Position numbers and translations under genes: made by a program
Notes under the pieces: generated by a model
The model's input: only the letters and a program-made list of their open reading frames with translations
Database searches by the model: none
Told to the model about the DNA's origin: nothing
Part shown: positions 22,968 through 33,709 of the stretch, piece after piece
Position numbering within the stretch: the stretch's first letter is position 1
How the letters are laid out: every line of letters starts with the position of its first letter
DNA from: Spirochaetota bacterium
GTDB taxonomy: Bacteria > Spirochaetota > UBA4802 > UBA5550
Reading direction: 5' to 3'
Length of the DNA stretch: 64,000 nucleotides
Assembly (NCBI GenBank): GCA_963664815.2
Contig: CAXXHB010000003.1
Span: forward strand, 1,984,001-2,048,000

Positions 22968-24005
22968 TTAATAATATTTTTTTCTGAAATACAATGCAAC
23001 ATTTACAAGCCCAATCATAACCGGTACTTCTACAAGTGGTCCAATAACAGCTGCAAATGCCGCACCGCTGTTTATACCGAATACGGCAACAGCAACAGCT
23101 ATGGCAAGCTCAAAGTTATTACTTGCTGCAGTGAAAGAAAGAGTTGCCGAAACAGGGTAACCTGCTCCGGTTTTTCTGCTCAGGTAAAAGCTTAAAAGAA
23201 ACATTACAACGAAATATATCAGAAGCGGAACTGCAATACGAATAACATCAATTGGAATTTTTACTATATATTCACCTTTAAGACTGAACATTACAATTAT
23301 TGTAAACAGAAGTGCTATAAGTGTAACAGGGCTGATCCTGGGGATAAACCTGTTCTGGTACCACTCTTTATCTTTTATCTTAATAAGAGTAAACCTTGTT
23401 ATAATTCCAGCGATAAACGGAACCCCAAGATAGATAAAAACGCTTTCAGCAATCTGACTTATAGTTATGTCTACTATGCTGCCGCTCAGTCCAAATAAAG
23501 GAGGTAGAATTGTTATAAAAAACCAGGCATATACACTGAAGAAAAGTACCTGGAATATACTATTAAACGCAACAAGACCCGCGGCGTATTCCGTGTCTCC
23601 GGATGCAAGATCGTTCCATACAATAACCATTGCGATACATCGTGCAAGTCCGATCATTATAAGTCCTACCATATATTCCGGATAACCGGAAAGGAATATT
23701 ACAGCCAGCATGAACATTAAGATAGGCCCGATTATCCAGTTCTGTACCAGTGAAAGCAGCAATATTCGCCAGTTTTTAAAAACATCACCCAGTTCTTCAT
23801 ATTTGACCTTTGCCAGCGGCGGATACATCATTAAAATCAGCCCGATTGCAATTGGAATATTTGTTGTTCCTGACTGGAATCTGTTCCAGAATCCAGTGAT
23901 ACCAGGGAAAAAATATCCCGAAAACACTCCGATAAGCATTGCGAAAAAGATCCAAAAAGTCAGATATCTGTCAAGAAAGGACAATCTTTTTGTTAAATTT
24001 TCCAT
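22968..24005 (-). CDS. acr3: ACR3-family arsenite efflux transporter
   Basis: [37 protein letters not shown]. Confidence 0.96.
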   Translation of the reverse strand: MENLTKRLSFLDRYLTFWIFFAMLIGVFSGYFFPGITGFWNRFQSGTTNIPIAIGLILMMYPPLAKVKYEELGDVFKNWRILLLSLVQNWIIGPILMFMLAVIFLSGYPEYMVGLIMIGLARCIAMVIVWNDLASGDTEYAAGLVAFNSIFQVLFFSVYAWFFITILPPLFGLSGSIVDITISQIAESVFIYLGVPFIAGIITRFTLIKIKDKEWYQNRFIPRISPVTLIALLFTIIVMFSLKGEYIVKIPIDVIRIAVPLLIYFVVMFLLSFYLSRKTGAGYPVSATLSFTAASNNFELAIAVAVAVFGINSGAAFAAVIGPLVEVPVMIGLVNVALYFRKKYY

Positions 24006-24098
24006 ATTTTAACACTCCTTTTATACTTTGACTTACTTTTAAAAATTATATTTTCTGCCTGACTTGCGGAGATTTGATATATTATAAAACTATCAATA

Positions 24099-25169
24099 CT
24101 AGTAAAGAAAATTAAAAATGTATCCCACAATCATAATACCACCTGCAACAATCGAAACAAAGATTATCATTAATGGCAATTTAATCACTTTTTTAAGTAT
24201 AATCATTTCAGGCAGAGAAAGGCCGATAACTGCCATCATGAATGCCAGTGCCGTACCCAGTGATGCCCCTTTTGCAATCAAAGCCTGTAGAATAGGTATA
24301 ACACCTGCTGCATTTGAATAAAGAGGTACACCTATAAGAACAGCAGCAGGAACAGACCACCAGACAGATTTCCCCATGATAGAGGCCATGAAATTTTCTG
24401 GAACATAACCGTGTACAAATGCCCCAACTCCTATTCCCAGCATTATGTAAATCCATACCTTTGCTACAATTTCCTTAACAGCCGCATATCCTGCATCCAT
24501 TCTATCATAAAAAGAAAGATTCATTTCTTCAAGAGTCAGTTCACCCCTTTTAATCTCAAAAACCCAATCCTGCACAAAACGGTTCAGCTTTAACTTACCT
24601 ATTATCCATCCTGCTATGATCGCAATTATTAAACCCGTAGAAAGGTATAATAAAGCTGTCTTCCATCCGAATAGACCAAACAATAAAACAAGTGCAACTT
24701 CATTAACCATAGGCGCTGATATAAGGAAAGAGAATGTAACCCCAACAGGAATTCCGCTCTCCATAAATCCGATAAAAAGTGGAATAGCCGAGCAGGAACA
24801 GAACGGAGTAACAATCCCGAGACTAGCGGCCATTACGTTACCTATAAAAAGCGGCTTCCCTTCAAGAGCTTTCCTTGTTTTCTCAGGCGAAAAATATGAA
24901 CGTATAATACCAACGGCAAATACAATCACAGTAAGAAGCAGCAGAACTTTGGGAACTTCATAAATAAAAAAGTGAAGAACCATGGTAAGTCTTTTCAGCG
25001 GATCAAGCCCCATCAGATTAAACACAAATAAATCAGTAATATCTTTAAGAAAAATGTATAACGCAATACCGGTGCTTAGTAAGAGTAAAAGAAATATAAG
25101 GCTTTTAATCTTTTTCTCTTTAGATGTAATACAGCTTTCCGTATTTATATTACAACTGCAGCCATTCAT
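24099..25169 (-). CDS. ArsP-type (DUF318) permease
   Basis: TPFCSCSAIP, GVPLYSNAAG, LSLPE. Confidence 0.9.
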   Translation of the reverse strand: MNGCSCNINTESCITSKEKKIKSLIFLLLLLSTGIALYIFLKDITDLFVFNLMGLDPLKRLTMVLHFFIYEVPKVLLLLTVIVFAVGIIRSYFSPEKTRKALEGKPLFIGNVMAASLGIVTPFCSCSAIPLFIGFMESGIPVGVTFSFLISAPMVNEVALVLLFGLFGWKTALLYLSTGLIIAIIAGWIIGKLKLNRFVQDWVFEIKRGELTLEEMNLSFYDRMDAGYAAVKEIVAKVWIYIMLGIGVGAFVHGYVPENFMASIMGKSVWWSVPAAVLIGVPLYSNAAGVIPILQALIAKGASLGTALAFMMAVIGLSLPEMIILKKVIKLPLMIIFVSIVAGGIMIVGYIFNFLY

Positions 25170-25408
25170 TTCTGTTCACCTATCATCTTCTTTAATTCAT
25201 CAACACCGGGAACTTTGCCAGCGACCTTTACCACTCCATTAACAACAAGTGCCGGTGTAATCATTACTCCATATTCCATTATCCTGTTTATCTCTTTTAC
25301 CTTAACCACTTCATATTCAATTCCAAGCTCTTCAGCCGCCCTTTTCGCTGTCTCTTCAAGCTTATTGCACTTAGCGCAGCCTGTTCCCAATATTTCAATT
25401 TTATGCAT
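25166..25408 (-). CDS. small thioredoxin-like redox protein (MTH895 type)
   Basis: ILGTGCAKC, GVMITPALVVNG. Confidence 0.92.
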   Translation of the reverse strand: MHKIEILGTGCAKCNKLEETAKRAAEELGIEYEVVKVKEINRIMEYGVMITPALVVNGVVKVAGKVPGVDELKKMIGEQK

Positions 25409-25637
25409 GTCAATCCTCCTTATAATTTACAATTTATACTTAATAAAACATAACTAAAATAATTCCGGTAATTTTAGTCAGCGGTTTAAATTCATCTTTC
25501 CAGAAAATATAATTTCTTCATATTTAACCTTTACTTCTTGGCAAAAAAGGCAAATTATAGATAAATTTTTTTGCCTTTCCTTACATTTGTCTTTACATAC
25601 ATTACGATTAATTCTCATTTAAAAATTTTAAAAACCA

Positions 25638-25982
25638 TTATCGGGAATTTCCTGTTTTACAGCATCTCATAATATCAGCCTGCTCTTTTGCATTGCTTTC
25701 AATGACACCCTCTATACAGCTTATAAAATTTAGAATGCATGGAGTCTTAAGGCTGTACACCACTGAAGTTCCCTTTTTTTCGTCATCAACAATACCGGCA
25801 TTTTTCAGAACACTCAGGTGTTTCGATACCGTAGAGGTATCAGATCCTACCATTTCAGTTAATTCTCCCACGGTCCACGGCTGCCTGCTTAGCATATCTA
25901 CAATGAATAACCTTGTTGAGTGTGCCATAGCTTTTACAATGTTAGCACGTGCTTCATATAATTTTATCTCATCATTATTCAT
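25638..25982 (-). CDS. arsR: ArsR/SmtB family transcriptional repressor
   Basis: KAMAHSTRL, STVSKHLSVLKNAGIV; C-terminal Cys residues; ATG 25982. Confidence 0.92.
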   Translation of the reverse strand: MNNDEIKLYEARANIVKAMAHSTRLFIVDMLSRQPWTVGELTEMVGSDTSTVSKHLSVLKNAGIVDDEKKGTSVVYSLKTPCILNFISCIEGVIESNAKEQADIMRCCKTGNSR

Positions 25983-25992
25983 AATATATCCT

Positions 25993-26022
25993 TTACTATT
26001 TGGCGATATTGCCAAATAGTAA
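25993..26022 (-). promoter_or_regulatory. putative ArsR operator overlapping the arsR promoter
   Basis: Perfect 12-6-12 inverted repeat TTACTATTTGGC-gatatt-GCCAAATAGTAA, with a minus-strand TTGACT -35 at 26033-26028. Confidence 0.75.
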
Positions 26023-26166
26023 GAAAAAGTCAATTCTTTTTATAAAATAATATTCTGCTTATTTCCTTTATTATAAAAAAATTAGCAGCTTGAAACCTGA
26101 CAACTATACACTTTTTTATTTGGTTATATCACAACAAAGAAAACAGTTCCGTCTTTTAAACTGTTT

Positions 26167-26206
26167 AATCTTTAAATCCTGAACACAATTTCAGGATTTA
26201 AAGATT
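26167..26206. repeat. perfect 17-bp inverted repeat
   Basis: AATCTTTAAATCCTGAA-cacaat-TTCAGGATTTAAAGATT. Confidence 0.85.
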
Positions 26207-26694
26207 TACGGGATTTCCTGCGGATAGAGGTATCGAGCGCTAACGCATTCCACATTGTGCTTCAACAGTTTTATAATCAATACCACAGCATATTTATGAT
26301 AAAATCCAGACTCTATTTACAGAAAAGTCAGTTTCGGTTTAATTACGCCTCAAACACGCTGTTGACAGTAATAAACGTGTATTTTTCTCTGTCTTAAACG
26401 GAGTTGAAACGGAATTGAAACGGTTTTTAACAGAGTCTTCATACTCCCTAAGATCTGACTTAACAGGTGTATAACAAATAGTGCGGCCGACAGGCCGGAG
26501 GATTTTATGTAAGAAAAATACAATATTTAATAATTAAGCTTATAAATATGCTGGAAGTTGAAAGGAATGGAACAGTTTAAACAATTCAGAAAAACAATCC
26601 AATCTTTCCGTTATTACCTGCTGTGGATAGATCAGATTGTTCTTTACATATAAAATGTAAAATCAATTTTCGGTTTAAATAAAAAATCAACGAT

Positions 26695-29190
26695 TTAAAC
26701 CTTGATATTTACCGGTTTTACTTTCCATATATCATTTGCATATTCAGTAATTGTTCTGTCAGTGGAGAATTTACCCATATTCGCCGTATTCATAATCGAC
26801 ATCCTGCTCCACCTGTTTTTATCTCTGTATGCTTCGCTTACTTTTTGCTGGCAGTTTACATATGACTCATAATCTGCAAAGAGCATGTATGTATCCCCCT
26901 GATAAAGCAGTGAATCAACAATCGGCCTGAAAAGATCAGGTTGCCCCTTTGAAAAAAAACCATTCTGAATTTGTGTTATCACCCTGTTCAGCTCAGGGTT
27001 ATTATTGTAATAATAAAACGGGTTGTATCCGGAATGTTTCAGGTTAGTAACGCCCTCCGCATCAAGCCCGAAAATAAAAATATTTTCATCACCAACCTCC
27101 TCCTTAATTTCAATATTTGCTCCATCAAGAGTTCCAATTGTCAGAGCCCCGTTAAGTGCGAATTTCATGTTCCCTGTACCGGAAGCTTCAGTTCCTGCAG
27201 TTGAGATCTGTTCGGAAAGATCAGCAGCAGGTATAATTTTTTCTGCATTTGATACTGCGTAGTTCCGCAGAAAAAGTACTTTAAGCCTGTCGCTTACCTG
27301 TGAATCATTGTTAACAACATCAGAAATTGAATTTATAAGTTTTATAATAAGCTTTGCCATGTAATACCCTGGAGCGGCTTTACCTGCAAAAATTACTGTT
27401 CTTGGAACAAAATCTTTACCAGGATTATCTTTAATTCTGTTATAAAGAGTGATTACATGCAGTGCATTAAGCAACTGTCTCTTATATTCATGAAGCCTCT
27501 TTACGTGAATATCAAACATTGAATCGGGATTAACCGCAATATTATTGTGGCTCATGATATATTTAGCAAGACGCTCTTTATTCTCTTTTTTTATATCAGA
27601 CCACCTCTTCTGGAATTCGGCATCATTGGAAAGGGGAATAAGCTTCTTCATTTCATATAGATCTGTAATCCATTGTTCTCCAATTTTTTCACTTATAAGT
27701 GAAGATAGACCGGGATTACAAAGTTTAAGCCATCTTCTTTGTGTTATACCATTGGTTTTATTGTTAAATTTTTCAGGCCACATTTTATAAAAATGTTTGA
27801 AAACACTGGACTTTAGAATTTCAGTGTGAAGAGCCGCAACACCATTAATGGCATGGCTTCCTATTATCGCAAGATTTGCCATCCTTACCTTCTTTTCAAC
27901 TCCTTCCTCAATTATTGACATCTCTCTCATCATCTCTTCATTTCCAGGATACAGTGAAGAAAGATGTTCGAGAAATCTCCGGTTTATTTCATAGATTATC
28001 TCCATATGCCGTGGAAGCACTCTTTCTATAAGTGTAACGGGCCATCTCTCAAGTGCTTCCGGAAGTATCGTGTGATTTGTATACCCGAATGTTTTAACGG
28101 TTATTTTCCAGGCATCGTCCCATCCCAGTAATTCGATATCCATAAGTATTCTCATAAGCTCCGGAATAGAAATAGCAGGATGTGTGTCATTAAGCTGTAT
28201 CGCAACCATATCAGGAAACTCGTTAAAATTGCTGTTTGTTTTTTTAAACCTTCTGATTATATCCTGAACCGTTGCCGATACAAAAAAGTATTCCTGCCTT
28301 AGTCTAAGCTCCTTCCCTTCGAAAATATTATCATTGGGATAAAGCACCTTTGTAATATTTTCAGATACAGACTTGGCAGATACAGCTTTAATATAATCTC
28401 CATCATTGAAATAATTCAGATCGAACTCCCTCGATGCTTTTGCAGACCATAATCTCAGGTTGTTGACTGTATTATTTTTATATCCCGGAACAGGGGTATC
28501 ATAACCCATTGCCACTATCTCTTCGGCGTCAACCCACCTGCTACGTTGGCTGCCTTCACTATCGGTGTATCGTTCAACTCTTCCATAAAAATTTACTACG
28601 TAAATAAATTCCGCCCTGGGGAACTCCCAGATATTACCAAGCCTGAGCCAGTTATCCGGGGTCTCAACCTGGTAGCCATCCCTGATAGTCTGGAAAAATA
28701 TTCCGTACTCATACCTTATACCATATCCCACAGCAGGAAGTTCAAGAGTAGCAAGAGAATCAAGAAAACATGCAGCGAGTCTCCCAAGTCCTCCATTACC
28801 AAGTCCGGCATCCCACTCCTTTTCACGCAGTTCTTCAAGCGAATATCCCAGCTCATGCATTGCTTTGTCCGCTTCATTATAAAGACCAAGATTGATCAGG
28901 CTGTTTCCGAGAGTTCTCCCAATAAGGAATTCAAGGGAAAGATAATAAACTCTTTTCGCTTTCTCCTTATAATATGTCTGTTGTGTACATATCCATTTCT
29001 CGATAAGATGATCTCTTGCAGTAAGAGCGATGCTGCTGTAGCAATCCTGGTGAGTCGCGGCATATTCATCCTTTGCAAGGGAAAACTCCATGTGATTTAC
29101 AAAAGATTCCTTTATCGATTCAGAATCAGTTCCAAGCATTTTATTATTTGAAGGTGTCAGTATTACAGGCTTATTTTCATTTCCAGACAT
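26695..29190 (-). CDS. glgP: glycogen/starch phosphorylase
   Basis: [31 protein letters not shown] (PLP lysine). Confidence 0.98.
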   Translation of the reverse strand: MSGNENKPVILTPSNNKMLGTDSESIKESFVNHMEFSLAKDEYAATHQDCYSSIALTARDHLIEKWICTQQTYYKEKAKRVYYLSLEFLIGRTLGNSLINLGLYNEADKAMHELGYSLEELREKEWDAGLGNGGLGRLAACFLDSLATLELPAVGYGIRYEYGIFFQTIRDGYQVETPDNWLRLGNIWEFPRAEFIYVVNFYGRVERYTDSEGSQRSRWVDAEEIVAMGYDTPVPGYKNNTVNNLRLWSAKASREFDLNYFNDGDYIKAVSAKSVSENITKVLYPNDNIFEGKELRLRQEYFFVSATVQDIIRRFKKTNSNFNEFPDMVAIQLNDTHPAISIPELMRILMDIELLGWDDAWKITVKTFGYTNHTILPEALERWPVTLIERVLPRHMEIIYEINRRFLEHLSSLYPGNEEMMREMSIIEEGVEKKVRMANLAIIGSHAINGVAALHTEILKSSVFKHFYKMWPEKFNNKTNGITQRRWLKLCNPGLSSLISEKIGEQWITDLYEMKKLIPLSNDAEFQKRWSDIKKENKERLAKYIMSHNNIAVNPDSMFDIHVKRLHEYKRQLLNALHVITLYNRIKDNPGKDFVPRTVIFAGKAAPGYYMAKLIIKLINSISDVVNNDSQVSDRLKVLFLRNYAVSNAEKIIPAADLSEQISTAGTEASGTGNMKFALNGALTIGTLDGANIEIKEEVGDENIFIFGLDAEGVTNLKHSGYNPFYYYNNNPELNRVITQIQNGFFSKGQPDLFRPIVDSLLYQGDTYMLFADYESYVNCQQKVSEAYRDKNRWSRMSIMNTANMGKFSTDRTITEYANDIWKVKPVNIKV

Positions 29191-29486
29191 ATCTACCCCT
29201 CAGAATTATATTTGAATTTTAATATATATTAAAATTATATCAAGATCACCTTTTTATTTTTTTTCAATATTTATTTCATAATATATAATAGCAGTTAATG
29301 AATTATTTAAACATTAATATTTTTTAAAGCTTAACCATTAAGTACTATTTAAAAAACACAAAATAATTCATTTTTCAGGGTATTTTTATACATTTTAAAC
29401 CAATATGTTCATAAAGGGAATTTCCCCATAATAAAAAAAGATTATCCCCTCATTTACAATTTTTTTTTATTAGATATAATAACATC

Positions 29487-29655
29487 ATCAAAAGTTAGTA
29501 CTTCTGATATAGATATGACGCTTATCAGTTTTACATCTGTATCTGGTAGTAATGATTATTGTAATGCACACTAGCATATTCAAATAGTTCCCGGGATAGT
29601 TACCCGTGGGCACTCCAACTGGTTGCCGCTGAGTAAACTTCAGCGGCTTTTTTTT
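29487..29655 (+). ncRNA. putative structured small RNA (family unknown)
   Basis: TTTACA-16-TATAAT promoter at 29453-29480, two hairpins, a plus-strand intrinsic terminator, and no plus-strand gene. Confidence 0.5.
29625..29655 (+). terminator. intrinsic terminator
   Basis: GCCGCTGA...TCAGCGGC stem followed by T8. Confidence 0.85.
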
Positions 29656-29685
29656 AATAATAATATGGTATAAAAATATAAGTAT

Positions 29686-29976
29686 TTACTTTTTTCCCGG
29701 ATATTCTTTGTTTTTCCAGTTCCACCATTTCAGAAGTTCAGGTTCGTAATCCTTTTCTGTTGCAAAATATACCGCGCATCTGAAAACATAGAGTACACAT
29801 CTGTCCTGTATTTTACCTGTAATATTATTTAATGATTCATAGATTTTTTCCGGATTCTCACCGGCAAGATCAGCAATAGTACTGTAACCGAGTGAATATA
29901 AATCTTCTGCTATACTCTTCCCTACACCAGGGATTCTCTTTAAATCTTTAATTGATTCTGCTTTATTTAACATCAT
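29686..29976 (-). CDS. helix-hairpin-helix Cdd1/mitomycin-resistance-like protein
   Basis: IPGVGKSIA HhH, DRCVLYVFRCAVY, WWNWK; GAGGA RBS before ATG 29976. Confidence 0.85.
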   Translation of the reverse strand: MMLNKAESIKDLKRIPGVGKSIAEDLYSLGYSTIADLAGENPEKIYESLNNITGKIQDRCVLYVFRCAVYFATEKDYEPELLKWWNWKNKEYPGKK

Positions 29977-30301
29977 ATCATCCTCAACAATGTTTATAAT
30001 TACAGCATTAAATTGAAAAAATGCTTTTAAATGAATCTTCCTCACATTTATATTTACATCCATTTATATTTATTGACATATTTACAACACGTGATAATAT
30101 TTATTTCAATAATTTTGACTGATAGTAAAATATATACGAAACCATCAGCAATATAGATCTTATGTTAATTATATAATTCCATAAAAAATGTGTCACTGGA
30201 TGTTTATAGTAATAAAAAGTCACTTATATTATAAGTATAATACTTCTGATATATATCAATCAGATAACCTTAAAATAAAGAAAAATATAAAATAATCAGA
30301 C

Positions 30302-31132
30302 ATGAATAAATTGATGAAAACAGAATATAAAGAATTCAAACTGCATATATACAAAGGGTATATTCAGAATAATTTTCTTGTTGAGTATAAAGATAAAATT
30401 CTTCTTCTTGACGGTGCATGTAAACCAGATGCTGATCACATAGCAGAATTTGTAACGAAAAATCTCGGCAGAAAAATCAGCGATCTTAAACTAATAGCAG
30501 TGACACATTGCCACCCGGATCATGCAGGCGCTGCAGGAATTATAAGAGAAAAATATAATGTACCGGTTGCAGCTCCCCGCGATATTGACCTTTGGTATTC
30601 CGGAATAGGTGGAACAGTCCAGTATATATCGGATACACTGCAAACAGCATTTATGGCAAGTAAAAGCAAAGTAGAATCCGAACCGCTGTTTTATAAAAGA
30701 TTAATCAAACCTGACTATCTACTTGATGATCTGTCACCTTTACCATTCTTTGAAGACTGGAAAGCTATTCATGCTCCTGGGCATACATTTCATAATGTGA
30801 TGTTTTACAATGAAAAAGAAAAAATTATATACATTGCTGACACAATGATTGACGCAAATAATAAATTTCTCCCTCCTGTTCCCGTACTTTTCCCGGTTGA
30901 AATGAAAGAAACACTTCAAAAAATAAAAAAAATTAAACCGGAGATTATACTTTTCGCTCACAGCGAATCATCAATTATGGGTTACCAGGACAATATGATC
31001 GATCAGACAATAAAAAAAATTGATTCTGAGGATTCAGTATTTATAAGGTTTTTTTACCTGATTTCAAAATTCACAGGTGAATACAGAAAAAACAAGAGTA
31101 AGCCCAAAACAAAAAAGTTGTTTAAAATATAA
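30302..31132 (+). CDS. MBL-fold metallo-hydrolase
   Basis: THCHPDHAG, APGHT. Confidence 0.88.
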   Translation: MNKLMKTEYKEFKLHIYKGYIQNNFLVEYKDKILLLDGACKPDADHIAEFVTKNLGRKISDLKLIAVTHCHPDHAGAAGIIREKYNVPVAAPRDIDLWYSGIGGTVQYISDTLQTAFMASKSKVESEPLFYKRLIKPDYLLDDLSPLPFFEDWKAIHAPGHTFHNVMFYNEKEKIIYIADTMIDANNKFLPPVPVLFPVEMKETLQKIKKIKPEIILFAHSESSIMGYQDNMIDQTIKKIDSEDSVFIRFFYLISKFTGEYRKNKSKPKTKKLFKI

Positions 31133-31331
31133 AAAAATCGTTTATTTCAAGATATCCGTCTTGTTCCTTAAAAAGAACAAATTGTAAATGTATTTATTCT
31201 TAAAATGATGCTAATATCAGAAATATTCAGAATTAAATAACAAAGTTCAGCAATCAAGAACAAAATTCATGAATTCATAACAGTACTCCCGCAAATAGTT
31301 CTTTTTTACTTGACAATAATATTTTTCTTTT

Positions 31332-31371
31332 TTTGTATTTCATATGCAATCAGTTGAATATGAAATACAAA
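31332..31371 (+). promoter_or_regulatory. palindrome over the promoter/leader of the nitronate monooxygenase-family gene
   Basis: TTTGTATTTCATAT-N12-ATATGAAATACAAA, 16 nt downstream of TTGACA (31310-31315). Confidence 0.55.
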
Positions 31372-31386
31372 TGCACAGAGGTTATT

Positions 31387-32424
31387 GTGAAGACAAAAAT
31401 AACAGAACTTTTTAAAATCAAGTATCCGATCATTCTTTCCGGTATGAGCTGGATAAGTATGCCTGAACTTGTTGCTGCTGTATCAAATGCCGGAGGTCTC
31501 GGAATCCTTGCAACAGGAGTTATGAAAGCCGAAGAAACTCTGGAAGCAATAAAAAAAACACGCGAACTTACAAAAAAGCCATTTGCTGCAAATGTGACAC
31601 TTTACTTTCCCGGTTCAGACAAGAACGCCAGAGTGATTATAGATCAGAAAGTTCCAGTGGTTAATTATGCCCTTGGTAAGGGTGACTGGATATGCAGAGA
31701 AGTCCATGCATATGGAGGTAAAGTTATAGCAACTGTAACAACCCTTAAACATGCCCTTGCAGCACAGAAGGATGGTGCTGATGCAATAATTGTTACCGGG
31801 CACGAAGCTGCAGGACATGGCGGAGATGTAACATCAATGGTACTTATTCCTGATATTGCCGACAAGATAGATATTCCAATAATTGCCGCAGGGGGATTTG
31901 CCGACGGAAGAGGTCTTGCTTCAGCATTAATCCTTGGTGCAGATGGAATATCAATGGGTACACGCTTCATGAACTCTGTTGAAAGCCCAGTAAACGAAAA
32001 ACAGAAAATTGTTACCAACGAAACAGATATCTACAGTACACTTTATACTGATAAAGTTGATGGAATGAAAGCGCGGGTTATGAAGACTCCCGGAGCACAA
32101 AGACTCATAAAAAAACGTCTGAACCCATTCAGCGCACTTATTCAATCAAAAAAAATCGCAAAAATGTTAGGTTTTCCATGGCTGAAACTCGCAATCGGAA
32201 TTATGTTTATGGGCTATAAAAAATCTATGCAGATGGCAAGGATGGCTATAGGATTTGACGCATTTTACGCCGGCACAATGGAGGGAAACAACCAGAAAGG
32301 AGTTCTTCCGATTGGTCAAATTGCGGGTATTATAACTGAAACAATGACAGTAAAACAGATAATTGAATCAACTGTCAGAGATGCAATAAAAGCGCAGAAT
32401 GTATTGGCATCTAAATTAAAATAA
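31387..32424 (+). CDS. nitronate monooxygenase / FabK-like flavoprotein
   Basis: YPIILSGM, AVSNAGGLG, GHEAAGHGG, AAGGFADGRG, MGTRF; GTG start after GAGG. Confidence 0.9.
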   Translation: MKTKITELFKIKYPIILSGMSWISMPELVAAVSNAGGLGILATGVMKAEETLEAIKKTRELTKKPFAANVTLYFPGSDKNARVIIDQKVPVVNYALGKGDWICREVHAYGGKVIATVTTLKHALAAQKDGADAIIVTGHEAAGHGGDVTSMVLIPDIADKIDIPIIAAGGFADGRGLASALILGADGISMGTRFMNSVESPVNEKQKIVTNETDIYSTLYTDKVDGMKARVMKTPGAQRLIKKRLNPFSALIQSKKIAKMLGFPWLKLAIGIMFMGYKKSMQMARMAIGFDAFYAGTMEGNNQKGVLPIGQIAGIITETMTVKQIIESTVRDAIKAQNVLASKLK

Positions 32425-32454
32425 ACTATAAAATCTGATTTTCAGGTCAATCAT

Positions 32455-32501
32455 TAATGTTAATTTCCATCACAGCTGTTGTATAGTGGAAATTAACATT
32501 A
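32455..32501 (+). terminator. long hairpin after the nitronate monooxygenase-family gene
   Basis: 15-bp arms TAATGTTAATTTCCA/TGGAAATTAACATTA, 17-nt loop, T-rich tail. Confidence 0.55.
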
Positions 32502-32652
32502 TTTGCTGATTTGATTTTTACTCGTTCATATATAAAAAAAAAACTGTTATCAACGCTTAATTCAGCGGTGGAATTACAGACTGTTTAACTTTATAAAATT
32601 TTTGAATAAATACTTTATTAAATTAATAAAATTAAAATTTTAAGGAGGAATC

Positions 32653-33411
32653 ATGGCTATAGTTGAGTGGAAGAAAGATGGCACTGTTGCAATAATGGTT
32701 TTAAACAATGGCGAGAACAGGCATAATCCTGTCTGGTCTGAGGCTATGCTTTCAACATATGATGATATCATGGCCGACAAGGAAATTAAAGCAATTGTTC
32801 TTACTTCAAGCGATCCTAAAAATTTCTGTCTTGGTGTCGATGTAGCATGGCTGATGAATGAACAGAAAAACAATAAATGGCCTGAAATCAGCAAATGGTT
32901 ACACAGAAACGGAGAAGTTTTCAGAACAATTATGATGGCTCCTGTTCCCACAATAGCTGCAATAACAGGGCATGCTTTCGGAAATGGTGCAATGCTTGCC
33001 GGAGCCTGTGATTTCAGATTTATGAGAGCAGACAAAGGGTTTTTCTGCTTACCGGAAATTGATCTTGGGATTCAGTTTGCCCCATCAATGATCGAATGGA
33101 TGAGAAGAATAATGCCATATCATCTTTTTATCAGATTGAAATGGTCTGGTGAAAAAGCCGGAGCTGCTGAGCTTGAAAAATATAATGTTATAATGAAAGC
33201 ATGCGAAAATGCCGAGAAAACTGTTGAAGAAGCTGTAGCATTTGCTAAAACATTCAATAAATCCCGAACAACACTTGCAGAGATGAAAAGAAGAACCTAC
33301 AAACATGTCATAGATAAAATGGAAAATGAAGATCCGAATTATTTTGCATACAAACCGGATAATGTAAAAGAAGGAAAAGCACCAATTTTTATGTTTACAC
33401 CATTGACATAA
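32653..33411 (+). CDS. enoyl-CoA hydratase/isomerase family protein
   Basis: FCLGVD, PTIAAITGHAFGNGAMLA, LPEIDLG. Confidence 0.92.
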   Translation: MAIVEWKKDGTVAIMVLNNGENRHNPVWSEAMLSTYDDIMADKEIKAIVLTSSDPKNFCLGVDVAWLMNEQKNNKWPEISKWLHRNGEVFRTIMMAPVPTIAAITGHAFGNGAMLAGACDFRFMRADKGFFCLPEIDLGIQFAPSMIEWMRRIMPYHLFIRLKWSGEKAGAAELEKYNVIMKACENAEKTVEEAVAFAKTFNKSRTTLAEMKRRTYKHVIDKMENEDPNYFAYKPDNVKEGKAPIFMFTPLT

Positions 33412-33415
33412 TACT

Positions 33416-33452
33416 AAAAGAGGGGGATTATTTATTAATCCCCCTCTTTTTT
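33416..33452 (+). terminator. intrinsic terminator
   Basis: AAAAGAGGGGGATTA-tttat-TAATCCCCCTCTTTT. Confidence 0.85.
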
Positions 33453-33709
33453 ACTTAAATTAATGAAACATATCCGATTTTAACACTACAAACACTCTTT
33501 AAATTCTATAATATCTTATAAACTCATTGACTTTAGTTAAATAATAATTATTGTTCTGATAAGATGTTTTTGTACATAACAATGATTTCCTCTCTGTACA
33601 AAAGGGGGAAAAATTATTATACCTGTTACTTATTATTTTACAGGGATAATGAAAAAGTAATAAATTTACCGGAATAATTAAAAATTTGCATATCAGGGAT
33701 TATTACGTG

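Noticed and set aside
26396-26423. GTTGAAAC/ATTGAAAC repeats resembling CRISPR repeat ends
   Set aside because: 11-nt period with no spacers and no cas genes; a simple tandem repeat
28546-29151. 201-aa plus-strand ORF
   Set aside because: Entirely antisense to glgP, with no recognisable motifs
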